A stretch of DNA of 64,000 bases from Basidiobolus meristosporus CBS 931.73 (GCA_002104905.1 MCFE01000009.1:1-64000), one strand, 5' to 3'. Positions 1-10,633 are shown, numbered from the stretch's first letter. Numbers and translations are program-made. Notes: generated by a model from the letters alone, not told the origin.

Positions 1-429
1 ATATATGGATAATTTCTCATTATACTACCTAACTGGTCGGACCGTAAAACAGATAAGCCCCTCCCCTCCAAACATAACTCGTCAAATGACTTTCCAAAGC
101 CAAGGAATCAAGATTGCTCGAAACCTTTATCTCCTTGAAGATACACAGCACAAAAGGCATGCTGCAGTTGTCACTGTGGTGGTGTGAAAAAGCAGACCGC
201 TGGCCTGTACTCCTTGAAACTGAGCAAGCTTGGATATATTACCCGGACATTCGATGCTGCCTACCAAGGTGAGGATGAAGGTCTCTCCAGATATCTTGAA
301 TATCTTAACCAGAGAGTGGAGGATTTCGAAAGTGTTGTATCTTACTTCACCACCTATTGCGGGGATCAGTTCAGTAAACGTTGGAGAATCGTGGAGAGGA
401 GGTATGGATGTCAGTCTTTCATTTGAAGA

Positions 430-760
430 CCTGCCAAAGGGCCTTCAAGAACCAGAGAAGCCAAGGGTAAAGAGCCATACTTAGCCAACTGGGTCCCAAA
501 GACCGCTTCATCAGTTACCTGATATGCTTGGCTTGGGTGTCATCTGCTTGCAATACCCGAGCTATTGACCAACAGGAGCGACAGGAAATTTTTGCTCAAG
601 AACTCCTTGGCAGCCTTCTTGGCCTTGTTCATGTTGTTCAGGTCCAGTCCCAAGAAATCAAGTTTTGGCTCCGGTGCTTTAGAGTACTGCCCCTGATCTC
701 TTTCTTTGCTTGTTCGTGCTACAGTAGGTCAAGAAGATGGGAGCCCCTTGGCTCTCTGGT
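430..760 (-). pseudogene. Heavily decayed short-chain dehydrogenase/reductase (RDH12/WWOX-like) remnant
   Basis: Manual minus-strand translation gives GAPIFLTYCSTNK, then (frameshift) APEPKLDFLGLDLNNMNKAKKAAKEFLSKNFLSLLLVNSSGIAS and AYQVTDEAVFGTQLA. These resemble the SDR segments GAxVxLACRS / LDLxxxxSVxxAAxEF...LxxLVNNAGI / TxDGFETQ. Stops and frameshifts are present. Boundaries are approximate. Confidence 0.4.
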
Positions 761-1576
761 CAGGGATACGGTCATAGCAGTAGCAACTTGGAGTGACAAA
801 TGCCTTTCGACATGTGCCTTGTCTCATGGACGGCCGTATTAATGTCGATAATAAGTTTTTGGGTGCTGCGTAAGGGTAAGCGTCATTTATAGGAAACGCA
901 ATCCATATCCACAGCTTCCGGAGTTCCAGGATAGCATCGATCTCTCCTTGCCCTTTTCTGATGATTATGGAAACTGAAGCTACCACACGCCACTTTGGTG
1001 AAGAAGGAATTAAGCTTGCCAAAGAGCATAAGGAGTTGGATCTTATGGAAGGAGAAGTTTATATATCCCCTCATGACCATGTTACGGAGTTGATCCCCGA
1101 GTTGGTGAACTTCATATAAGTCAGTAACAAGATGATACTTTTGATGTAACTTTCAACCTTGATGCTATTTGTTTCAAAACTAACGTAGTTAATAATGTCA
1201 AATAATTGCATATCATAGTTGAATACCCAGACTACAGGTGACGTACATGTAAGCTAAATGCTCACTAATCTGACAGTAAAAGAAGCACGCCTATTGACTC
1301 TCCAAAACCACGGAAGCAAGGTAATCTGAAACCTTCATCTACCCGAAAATACTCAACCCAAAGCATAGGCGGTTATGTCTATCCCCGCTGCTCGATGTAT
1401 ATTACATAATACACCATGAAAGCCATCGTAGTTCTAACCAAAAATGGTTGGTATCTCATCATCAAAAAAAATATGATCATTTGCCAGAAATTTCGATCAA
1501 TTTGTCATCCAGTTACACGAGCCCATTATATAACGTGACTCGATGAACCTGGTTTGGTATTCAGAACTAAATTACA

Positions 1577-2305
1577 ATGCCAGCCAATCTTCCACGCAGA
1601 GCACTACTTGCCATCACCAGCTATAACGAGCCATTTTACGCTAACGGCAGTAAAACTGGACTGTTTTACACCGAAGCATTGCATCCTTACGAAGTGCTTG
1701 TTGATGCCGGGTTTGAGGTCGATTTTGCCTCCGAGACTGGTACCTACGGGGTGGATGAGCACTCCCTGTCCAAGGATTTCCTCTCCGAAGATGATCAAAA
1801 GGTGCTGGCCGACCCTTCACACCCTTTCAACGTCAAGCTGAACTCGCAGCTTTACAAGGCAGAAGATCTCAACCCTGCTGACTACGGGCTGTTCTTTGCC
1901 TCTGCTGGCCACGCAACCCTTTGGGATTATCCTACAGCTCGTCACCTGCAGCATATTGCTGAAGACATTTATAAGCGCGGGGGTGTGGTTTCGGCTGTAT
2001 GTCATGGACCCGCCATTCTCCCGGGAATCATGGACAGCACCACTGGTAAGTCTATCATTGCTGGCAAAAAGGTTACTGGGTTCACCACCGAGGGTGAGGA
2101 AATGCTAAATCTGCTTGAGCTGATTAAATCGGCCAATGTGTCTACAATCGAGGAAGGAGCAGCGGCGGTCGGGGCAGAGTATGTGGCACCCCCTACACCA
2201 TTTGCCGACTTTACTCATACAGATGGCCGGGTGGTCACTGGAGCCAACCCTGCAAGTGCTAAGTCTACTGCCGTGAATGCTATCAAAGTGTTCTCGAGTC
2301 TTTAA
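1577..2305 (+). CDS. HSP31: DJ-1/PfpI family glutathione-independent glyoxalase III (Hsp31-like)
   Basis: Intact intronless 242-aa ORF. N-terminus LLAITSYNEPFY..GSKTGLFYTEALHP, AGH motif, nucleophile elbow AVCHGP and C-terminal DGRVVTGANPASA match fungal Hsp31/Glx3. Confidence 0.93.
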   Translation: MPANLPRRALLAITSYNEPFYANGSKTGLFYTEALHPYEVLVDAGFEVDFASETGTYGVDEHSLSKDFLSEDDQKVLADPSHPFNVKLNSQLYKAEDLNPADYGLFFASAGHATLWDYPTARHLQHIAEDIYKRGGVVSAVCHGPAILPGIMDSTTGKSIIAGKKVTGFTTEGEEMLNLLELIKSANVSTIEEGAAAVGAEYVAPPTPFADFTHTDGRVVTGANPASAKSTAVNAIKVFSSL

Positions 2306-2749
2306 GAGGCTATTCATGTGTATAATATGTAATCCATGTTCATTGTAAAGAGAGTAACAACCTTCTATGCGAATAAAATACGCAAATATAACGTATATAG
2401 CCATTGTATTGGTAGGTGAATTTGCGTGTGTAGATAATAACTTATAGTACTACCGTTGGAGGTTTAGCTTTGCTTACTCTAATCACGAAAACTCCACAGA
2501 TTGCTACTCCTGTTTTACTAACAATTTCACCATTGAATAACTAGATAGATATATCTAACAGTCCTAGTTATCCATGTATCTGTGCCTCATATCAGCGGGC
2601 TTTTCAAACATTATCATTCCCCACTTATCTATTGGCAATAAACAAACCCTTAATATGGTCAGACTCAGAAATGTCAATCTTCATTTGGCTTCTCGTTACA
2701 TAATTTGAAGCAGAAGCTGAAAAGCTACAACATGACCTGTTGTATGTTG

Positions 2750-4700
2750 AAAAATACTCAGCATCAACATGATGCTAAGAACAATGTTATCAGCACTCTA
2801 TCTTGGAGCTCATATGGTAATCTGCTGGTATTCTGATGGCATTTTACAGGCATTGAGCAGGTGTTTTTCCTTCAAATTCTCAGTTGCAATTTTGGTGGAA
2901 GTAGCAAGTAGCTGTTTACAAAATTTGGCATGGATGCTTGTTAGCCTGGTCTCCTCCTGGAGACTATGTCTGCTTGTCTGCGTAACGGCTAGTAATTGAG
3001 ATTTTGAGAGTTGTCAGTTTTGGGAAAACTTGGAATTCAGCTAATATTATGACAATATTTTGCTATCCTTTTCTTGGCTTCTTTACTTTGGGTTGGTAAG
3101 CAGAGATTTCACAAAATTTGAGACTTTGTCTCCCTCTGTGGCACCATTGCTTCTGCAGGTTAGTAACTTTACCTCTCAGGTAGCTTGTTTCTTGGAAACT
3201 AGCTTTCAGGACTAGGATAGCTCATCTTAGCCCAACTTCATTATCTAGTGGCAGCTGAGATGATGTAAGCTCTCATATGCATAGGCCACTTTTTGTTACA
3301 CAGAGCAAGTAATATCTTGAGCTTACTCTACATCCTCTGATGGAACCTATTTATTCAGTTTTATGCTTCCTAATTGGTATTGAGTACTTTGACCATGGTA
3401 CCTATAATTGGTATTATAAGGTAATTTCTTGGTTCTGAGGCTTAATTTGCTGTAAGAGTCTTGGAGATATTAGAGATGATTGGGAGAACAAGTAGATTAT
3501 GTGGCTTTCACTTAATGATTTACTGGATGTAAAAGTAGTATATTTACTTTTACATGGTCTTGGCACAACAAACACATAGAATAGGATCAGAAAAGTCTCA
3601 AGAGCATATGTGCAAAGTTTGGGGCTGTTTGGACAACTTAACAGATTTTCATATTCTGGATACTTAGTATTTGGTGAAAGTATAATAAGCAAGTCCCAGC
3701 AAGGAGTTTGGTCAGTATTCTCTCAGATTTGTAGGTAATGATCTAAGTGACTAAGTTAGGTGAATATTTAGGTGGAATTCCGAATTTTTACAACATGATT
3801 ATCAACTTTCTACTTTGCAAACACCTTTAGCTTCTTGGGCTGACCTTTAAGTCTCTGAGACAGCTCTTTTCCTTAAGTTGAATAATCATGGTCAGGATTC
3901 CACACTTAGCTTTAATTAACAACTTGGGTATTATACAATATCTTTCAGTGTTCAAGTACAACCAGTAACTTGTTCTTTTTGCAGGTCCTTGAGCATCTTA
4001 GGCTTGCTCTCTACCCTCAATCAGCTTTTTTTCTTGATTTTTATTTCTTCTGGGCTAGGATTACACATCCTAGCCCTGAGCAACATCAATATAGCAGATT
4101 TTTTTCCATTTCAAGATGTGTGACAAAACCTAAGCATTACACAAGGCTGTTGCTGCACTCATGAATACCAACTTTACCTCTAGATGTCTCATTCACAAGA
4201 TGCCATTTTTACAAACAATTACCAATCTTCCCAAACCTTCTCTAACTATTACCAAAATACCTTCACTGTAAGAGTGATTGCATAGATTGCAACAGTTGGA
4301 TCAAGGATCTTCAAAAGGCCTTTGGATCTTACTGTTCTAGACTTCAGAAATCATTTTTATTTATGATGAACAAAAAATGAAGAATATAATTACGGAAAAA
4401 GGCACCATTTCCAGTAACAACAGCCACATCTGCGAAGCTTTGACATTTAGGAAGCCATATCCTGTTGGACAGGAGTTCAAGACTTTAGCAGACTATCATA
4501 CCACCTGTATCTGGAGAATGGATACAGTGAGTGATTGGTTACAGAAGGAATACAACAGTGATCCTGGTATGTCCAAGTTGACTCCCACTGTCAAGCAGCT
4601 AGTTAAGCCTTGGTTTTATATAGTTTTGCTGACTCTTAGTTTGGATCCCCAAATGTGACAATGATGTCGGCTGAACTTGGTCAGTATTCCATTATGCAAG
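2750..4700. mobile_element. Old CpG-depleted transposon-derived island (possible gag remnant) hosting a solo LTR
   Basis: Almost no CG dinucleotides and only broken ORFs. Minus-strand fragments such as LKASFQETSYLRGKVTNLQKQ and GDKVSNFVKSL are loosely gag-like. Family not identified. Confidence 0.3.
3448..3795 (-). mobile_element. Solo LTR of the local Ty1/copia family
   Basis: 348 bp, aligns along its length to the LTRs at 45197 and 49534. Ends TGCTGTAA...TTACAACA. Flanks TAATT/TGATT are a 5-bp TSD with one mismatch. Confidence 0.9.
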
Positions 4701-4940
4701 TGACCAAGCGCTGCTACTGGCCATTGGGTACGGCTACCATCTTACAATGATGCTATATCTACAGAAAGATGGGACATGTGTTTCTATAGTTAATACATGC
4801 AGATATTTCCGATTGACCAATTGAATGTCTTATGCATGTCAAAGGGTAACAACAGCGTGTGTTATCATTAAACTTATTTGCTCTTATGTATAGACATCCA
4901 AAAATACAGGTCCTTGGTGAAGTCAAAGATTAGAATGTTG

Positions 4941-5001
4941 AAAAAATATCCTCCGAAGAGGTGTCCACTCAAGATGTACGTGTCATCCTTGTGCAGGGGC
5001 C

Positions 5002-5032
<31 letters not shown>

Positions 5033-5058
5033 TTCAAGTGTCAGAGGTCCCGAAGGAC
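4941..5058 (-). ncRNA. U6: U6 spliceosomal snRNA
   Basis: Reverse complement reads GTCCTTCGGGAC (5' hairpin)...TTGGAACGATACAGAGAAGATTAGCATGGCCCCTGCACAAGGATGACACG...ATATTTTTT. It contains the ACAGAGA box, AGC triad, ISL and a T6 Pol III terminator. Confidence 0.97.
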
Positions 5059-5081
5059 ATGACACTACTGTGGCTACAAAG

Positions 5082-5088
5082 TTTTATA
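5082..5088 (-). promoter_or_regulatory. TATA box of U6 (TATAAAA starting at -30)
   Basis: Plus-strand TTTTATA at 5082-5088. Its minus-strand start lies exactly 30 nt upstream of the predicted +1 G (5058). Confidence 0.75.
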
Positions 5089-5246
5089 AGTATTGTAAGC
5101 TGTGCATAGTGTCAATAAGTTGTGGGATCTGAAGTAAATTAGAGCTATAGCCAATTTTTTCAATGGAAATCAAACGTGAAAATCTAAAATAGATTTTATC
5201 AATTACTACGTATCAATGACACTCGCTTGGTGCTTAGTGTATAGAG

Positions 5247-5257
5247 CCTAACCCTAA
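5247..5257 (-). promoter_or_regulatory. Telomere-like box (TTAGGGTTAGG) about 190 bp upstream of U6
   Basis: Plus strand CCTAACCCTAA. Function is inferred only. Confidence 0.35.
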
Positions 5258-5703
5258 TAAAAACTAATACTGGAGCCAAGTATATATATATCGGACATCA
5301 TTCTATCACCAAAACCACAGAAGGTAGCTGATTAGATTACTGCCACACTAATGAGAAGACCGTAGGTATGTGAAAGCAATCACTAGCTGGAGACAATTTT
5401 GAATACCTTGGGTCACAAGGTCAGTTTAGTATAGCTTTTGCGTGTGTGCACGTACATATTTGTATTACTTTTGCCACTGGTTTGTTGACTCGGCCATTTC
5501 CCACGCCGATTTGCTGTTGGGATATACTTATAATGTTTTCACCAAAACATCAGTCACTCAAAGTTATCCAAATGAACCAACCGTTGCATTGATGCTGTCG
5601 GAACCCTTCTATGAATATTGTATGCAACGTAAAAGTATAGATAGATACATGTTGAGATATGGTCGAAGTGAATGATAGAAAGCATGAGAAGCGTATTGGT
5701 TGT

Positions 5704-7074
5704 CTATACAGCAGAGTACACTGGAGGGGCATCAGCAGGCAGGTCAAATTCCGGCCTCAAGATTTCCTCATATTGGGGAGGATCAACTGGATATACTGAT
5801 GCCAACAATTCCTCTACCACCATACGCTCGCAGACACGGCCATGGACATCAAAGAAGCCAATATGAGGGTTGAACTTCGCGACACGTTCCAGCTCAATAG
5901 CATGTGCGTGATGGTGAGGGCAATTTTCCATTCCAACCAGCACAATGGTGACGTATGCCCAAGTCTCACCAAGAAGCTCCAGCTCGAATTCGTCCATGTC
6001 TTGGGCTTCCCCATCCAAAAATACGAGAAGGGACAACTTTGGCATTCCGGGGGTAGGTTGCCAACCATAGACACTATCGTAATGTCCATGTCCGAAACTC
6101 TTGTTTTGATGCTCGAAGTACGTCTTCTTGACCATCTGCCAACCCTGCATGACCTGGGTGCCACCTCCGATGGAGATCCCGTTTTTCCAATCTCGTTCGA
6201 AATTCTGAGCAGATAACTGGCCGATATAATGGCCAGTGCTGGAAAACGTGACGGTATCAATCCCAACTTGGTCGGGATGCTGTCTTTGAGTGCGAGGAAC
6301 CATATGATTCAGAACACGGTGGACAAGATGTTCGACAAGACGTACATTGGGAGGTTGATCATGGAAACGAATAATCCTATCTAGGCCGGGGATACCATGG
6401 TGAGGATCCCAGCCCATGGAGCTAGAGACGTCAATGAGCAGCATAGTTTCTAGATGGTCCGTGCCATTCTGGAGCCCTTCCGCCAAGTCATGGAGGGCTC
6501 TTCTTCTGGTCTCGTAAATCACACTCTGGACCTGATCCGAATAACGATGGGATTTGGTTTGTTTATCCGACAGGAACACGTCACCTGGACTTTGGTATAT
6601 GGCCAAACGCCTTGCGTCGAGTGGACGTTGACGGGCCATACGTTTTTCGGCTTGTCTCATGATAGTATATAGGTCTCGCTCGATGCTGAGAGGTCGGAGG
6701 TGAGAGTATTTGACACCGTCGGGCGAGTCCCCATGATTGAGTAAGTAGTAAAGTCGCTTCTCGGCCGGCGTTTCCCAGTAACTGTTGCCTATGTAGAGAG
6801 TTGCGAGGCGTCTATCGTGAATCCATCGTGTAGGTACTGGCTCCATATAACCTTTCTCGAGCAGATGCTGGAATTTCTTAGGGTGGTAACGACGAAGATA
6901 TTCCCAGTGTTGTTGCATCCTGGTCGCTGTCCAGTAGCGCATGATCATCGAGAAGCGCTCACTGTTACGAGGGCCCCATCTTTGCTCCATCATTCTTTCG
7001 GAGTCCTCTAACCTTTGTTGGCATTTTGCTTCGTTGGGGACTATTCCAAGGATCTCTGGCAAACTTTTCCCCAT
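5704..7074 (-). CDS. Uncharacterised von Willebrand factor A (vWA) domain protein
   Basis: Intact intronless 456-aa ORF. MIDAS-type LLIDVSSSM, GGGT and VFLDGEA motifs in the C-terminal half. The N-terminal ~200 aa is not recognised. Confidence 0.85.
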   Translation of the reverse strand: MGKSLPEILGIVPNEAKCQQRLEDSERMMEQRWGPRNSERFSMIMRYWTATRMQQHWEYLRRYHPKKFQHLLEKGYMEPVPTRWIHDRRLATLYIGNSYWETPAEKRLYYLLNHGDSPDGVKYSHLRPLSIERDLYTIMRQAEKRMARQRPLDARRLAIYQSPGDVFLSDKQTKSHRYSDQVQSVIYETRRRALHDLAEGLQNGTDHLETMLLIDVSSSMGWDPHHGIPGLDRIIRFHDQPPNVRLVEHLVHRVLNHMVPRTQRQHPDQVGIDTVTFSSTGHYIGQLSAQNFERDWKNGISIGGGTQVMQGWQMVKKTYFEHQNKSFGHGHYDSVYGWQPTPGMPKLSLLVFLDGEAQDMDEFELELLGETWAYVTIVLVGMENCPHHHAHAIELERVAKFNPHIGFFDVHGRVCERMVVEELLASVYPVDPPQYEEILRPEFDLPADAPPVYSAV

Positions 7075-7298
7075 TATGTTGTGTTCGGTGAATGTATTTG
7101 AGTGTAGCTAAGTGAGGTTGTGAGGTTGTGAGGTGAGTGTAGTTGACTGTGAGTGCTATGGAAAGGAGTGCTTTGTCGGTGATTCAAGTAGGTATTTAAA
7201 GCTTTGGGTTATGTAGTTGAGGCTGCTCTGTTGATAACAGATACATGATCCCACAAATCCGCCAGTATAGTATATATCCGACTTCTAAATCGATTTCT

Positions 7299-7387
7299 AT
7301 TCTCGTCACGTTGTGGTCCACTTCCATTTATTAACACCGATTCTCGTCACGTTGCAGCCCACTACCATTTGTTCATGCTTATTCTCG
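7299..7387. repeat. 41-bp imperfect tandem duplication (2 copies plus a partial) upstream of the vWA gene
   Basis: ATTCTCGTCACGTTG starts at 7299 and 7340. A partial ATTCTCG starts at 7381. The two full units match at 31/41 positions by eye. Confidence 0.8.
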
Positions 7388-8214
7388 ATTGATCCAAATA
7401 GATTGCTCAAAAAGAATGGGATGTACTTTCATCCTTAGTCCAGAGTGGCCACAGTAAGAATAATGAAGCGGGATTGCAGTAAGACTACCTTGAGAGGAAT
7501 AGTAGTTGTCAAGTGATGTGAGATGGCAGTGTTGGTTAGTAAAGCCACGTGTGTTGTCATTTCCCCGTAAATCAATCCAATGATCCTCGTGCACTGTCAT
7601 TTCCTCGATCATCAATCTAATGCCCCTCGTGTGTGCTTTCTTGCCAATTGCGGTTAAACGCACATCATTTGTCTGATTGAGGCCACCCTTTCGATGGCAA
7701 AGAGGGCATTTTTTCAATTTCTTTCAATTTCCTTTTTCAGCGCGCTCACTGTTGTCTATTGAATTTATCAAGATACTCGGGAGGAGAAATTGGATCGTTA
7801 CGAGCAAGAGAATAAATAGGAATACTGAAACATACAAGACACACAATGCTTGATTAGTAGAGTTGAAGGGACTTGATCTACCTAGCCTAATAAAGTAAGA
7901 TGCAGATTTGTTCGCACGAGGGAATAGTGGGGTTCAACTTTTCTCAAAGCTCGGTAAACGTTAAAGTTCAGGAAGGGGTGCAATTTTTATTCATTTTATT
8001 GTACCCTGACTCTATTGAACTAATATGCACAGTTATTAAACTGATAGTGGACATGCAAAGGTTAGGTCCTTTTGGACGAATATCAAACTTAGCATTGGAG
8101 TGTTTTCGTATTTCTAATAAATTAATGACTACAGTTTAACTAAATCAAAATCTATATATAAATATCATATAAGATTAAATCTTCAATTTACATCAGCTCA
8201 CCAATGTAGACAGC

Positions 8215-8470
8215 GCTGTGAGAGTTTTGGAGATAATGGAAGAGATTGGGAGAAGTAGCTGATTATGTTGTAAGTATTTAGTTCCTCCTAAACAGCTCAT
8301 ATCCCTTAGAATCATCTGGCCGACTTATAAAATACTGGTGCTCTGGGTACCTAGCATTTGGGTCAAGTATTCAATGTAATTCCCGACAAGCTGTTTGACT
8401 GGTAAAGAGCAAAGCTCAAGAGCTAGGATCTGAGTGGCAAAAAGTATGTATTTAGGTGAAAAAAAGCAAC
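8215..8470 (-). mobile_element. Decayed, internally deleted copia LTR
   Basis: Blocks GAGAGTTTTGGAGATAATGGAAG, TGGGTACCTAGCATTTGG, TTCCCGACAAG and TATTTAGGTGAAAA are collinear with the LTR at 45197. Confidence 0.6.
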
Positions 8471-8523
8471 CTTATATCACATCTACAGGTAAGATCTTAG
8501 CTTCAATAGCTCAAAGCGCAAAT

Positions 8524-8785
8524 TTTGTAAATTCTTAAACTGCACCAAAATATCCCATTAATATCTTGTCCAAAGTCTTTGTTGAGATTTATATGGAATA
8601 TTTTACCAAACTATCAGATACCCAGGACATGAAAATTCTAAATATTACTCAATAGTCCTCAACCTTTGCACACATGCTCTTAGCATCTTCCTAAATCTAT
8701 TGTAAATATATTTTTGCCAAGAGTATATAAAAGTATATATACCGCGTTTACATTCAGTAAATCACTAAGTGAAAACTGCATATTC
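8524..8785 (+). mobile_element. Decayed copia LTR in the opposite orientation
   Basis: ATACCCAGGACATGAAAATTCT, CTTTGCACACATGCTCTT and TTTACATTCAGTAAATCACTAAGTGAAAAC match the reverse complement of the family LTR. Confidence 0.65.
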
Positions 8786-9313
8786 TTTAACTACCAGCTT
8801 TGGAAGCTGTACCTGAGAATCATAGAGTTACTCTATTGAGACTGAGGGTTCATATAGTGATGGGAGAGCCAATCCTTCATGTGAGGATTCTGACTCTAGT
8901 GAACTCTTGGCAAGAGCCTTGTTTTATATCGATAAAATACTCTGATAGAGTAGGGAAGAGGCCTGAATTCACCCAGGAGAGTATATTTGTAGGGAGTTGG
9001 TATGAATGCGTTTGTGATACTATGTAAAGCATGATGTAGTAAGGCAACTTTTATCTAGGGCCTTTTCCAAGACAATAGGTATTTTCCTACAAGCCTAAAG
9101 AAGTGTAAAGTATAGCAGGACTCCATGTTCCAATAAAAATGCCAACATTGACGTTCAAGGGTCCAATGTTACAAATCTGAAATAAAAATATCACCCGACA
9201 TATCAATTGATGGTGATTAGGATACGCCTTCCATAGTAAAATCATTTTCAGGCAACAGGAACAGTAGTTCATCAAATACTGAGATTTATTTACCAGAACA
9301 GCTAATGTTAGAG

Positions 9314-10633
9314 CTATTCTGAGTTCACTTGAGTTATTATTCGCTGGCGGACCTTCAATCCCCATGCAACGCCTAATGGAGCAACGAAGGTGCACACAAC
9401 AATGGCCCAGACTGTGACGATAAAAGGGCTTTCCCCCATCATCCCATTCTTCACGCTTTCACTCGCCATAACCAAGCCAATTTCTCCGCGGGCTATCATG
9501 GCGACACCAACGATCACTCCGTCGGGAAAGATGGGATTCACCCACATACCAGCCACAAATTTGGTTAACGCCATCACAATGGTGTATAAGGCACCCTTGC
9601 CGAGGTTTGCTGGGGTAAAAAGGGAGGCTACTGGGACGATGAATCCGACTGAAGAAAAGAAGACCGGCGTTGTCCAACCCATGATAGGATGAACATACTC
9701 TTGGAAGAGGTCAAGGGGAAGCGCATATGGGGCAAACAAGAACCCAGCGACAAATGCTCCCAAGAGCTCGGAGCTCCCCAACGTCTCCGCGAGGGTTGAG
9801 AAAACAAGCCCAGCCAACAGCATGAAAAGCAAGATGCTCCTATGGAGGAACTCTTTGGAAAGCAGGAGCACTTTGAGTCGATGAAGGTAGGGGCTCACTT
9901 TTTCATCAAATTCCCGCTCCAGTTCCTCGTTGATGCTGTCCTCCTGTACACTGGGCAATGTACTCTTGGTTACCTCAACGCTCATAAGCTTGATATTAAT
10001 CAAGCGTACGACCCGTTGCAAAGAGGCGAAAAAGCAAATCCCCAATATGATAAAAACAACTGAAACAATAAAGGGACGAGCCACTAACCAAGGTTGGACC
10101 TTGTTGTGTGTGCCTTGCATAATAGGGCCTATCTGCTTCATGACTGCGAGAATGACGAGGCTGAAGATGTCGTCCAATAGGGCAGCAATGGTGATGAGTG
10201 CGCCGAAATGGGTTTTGGTTATACCCTGCTGGCTAAGTAGCATGATGATAATTCCAATGGACGTACTAGCCAACGAAGCAGCGGATATAATCGCCTCTAA
10301 CCAGCTAAATTTCAAAACGAAATGGCCGAATACAGCACCAAGTCCAAAGGGCAGGAAAGTTCCGGTCAAAGCTATGAGTAACGCCTGGGAAAAGCCCTTT
10401 TTAACTTGCTCGAATTCGATGCTTAAACCGCCTTCAAACACTAGCAAAAGCATCCCAAGCTTCCCGACCGAAGTAAGCGCTTCGGTAAGAAATTGTGGCA
10501 GAAGATTTCCCCAGGCAACTAGGAGAATCCCAACTAGCAGATGCCCTACCAAATCAGCATAGAACAAGGAAAAGAGTTTGCCCCCCAGATACAAGGTGGC
10601 CAGGTAAATAGATAGTTCGATTAAAGACGACAT
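9314..10633 (-). CDS. CPA2-type Na+(K+)/H+ antiporter (Na_H_Exchanger family)
   Basis: Intact intronless 439-aa multi-TM ORF. Motifs VGHLLVGILL, GKLGMLLLVFEGGL, ASTSIGI, AALLDD, LGAFVAG and MIARGEIG are typical of CPA2/Kef-like exchangers. Confidence 0.9.
   Translation of the reverse strand: MSSLIELSIYLATLYLGGKLFSLFYADLVGHLLVGILLVAWGNLLPQFLTEALTSVGKLGMLLLVFEGGLSIEFEQVKKGFSQALLIALTGTFLPFGLGAVFGHFVLKFSWLEAIISAASLASTSIGIIIMLLSQQGITKTHFGALITIAALLDDIFSLVILAVMKQIGPIMQGTHNKVQPWLVARPFIVSVVFIILGICFFASLQRVVRLINIKLMSVEVTKSTLPSVQEDSINEELEREFDEKVSPYLHRLKVLLLSKEFLHRSILLFMLLAGLVFSTLAETLGSSELLGAFVAGFLFAPYALPLDLFQEYVHPIMGWTTPVFFSSVGFIVPVASLFTPANLGKGALYTIVMALTKFVAGMWVNPIFPDGVIVGVAMIARGEIGLVMASESVKNGMMGESPFIVTVWAIVVCTFVAPLGVAWGLKVRQRIITQVNSE

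Noticed and set aside
5-842. Plus-strand short ORFs (5-187, 184-426, 230-484, 528-842) as genes
   Set aside because: No recognisable motifs. The opposite strand carries SDR-like remnants that better explain part of the region.
1577-2305. HSP31 as a bacterial horizontal transfer because it lacks introns
   Set aside because: The sequence has the fungal Hsp31/Glx3-type N-terminus, and many fungal orthologues are intronless.
4941-5058. U6atac (which would fit the minor introns)
   Set aside because: The sequence has the ACAGAGA box and major-type ISL, not the AAGGAGA box of U6atac.
7379-7717. 112-aa ORF starting MKKCPLCH as a zinc-finger gene
   Set aside because: Only one CxxC and no further ligands in a sensible pattern. 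No other support.
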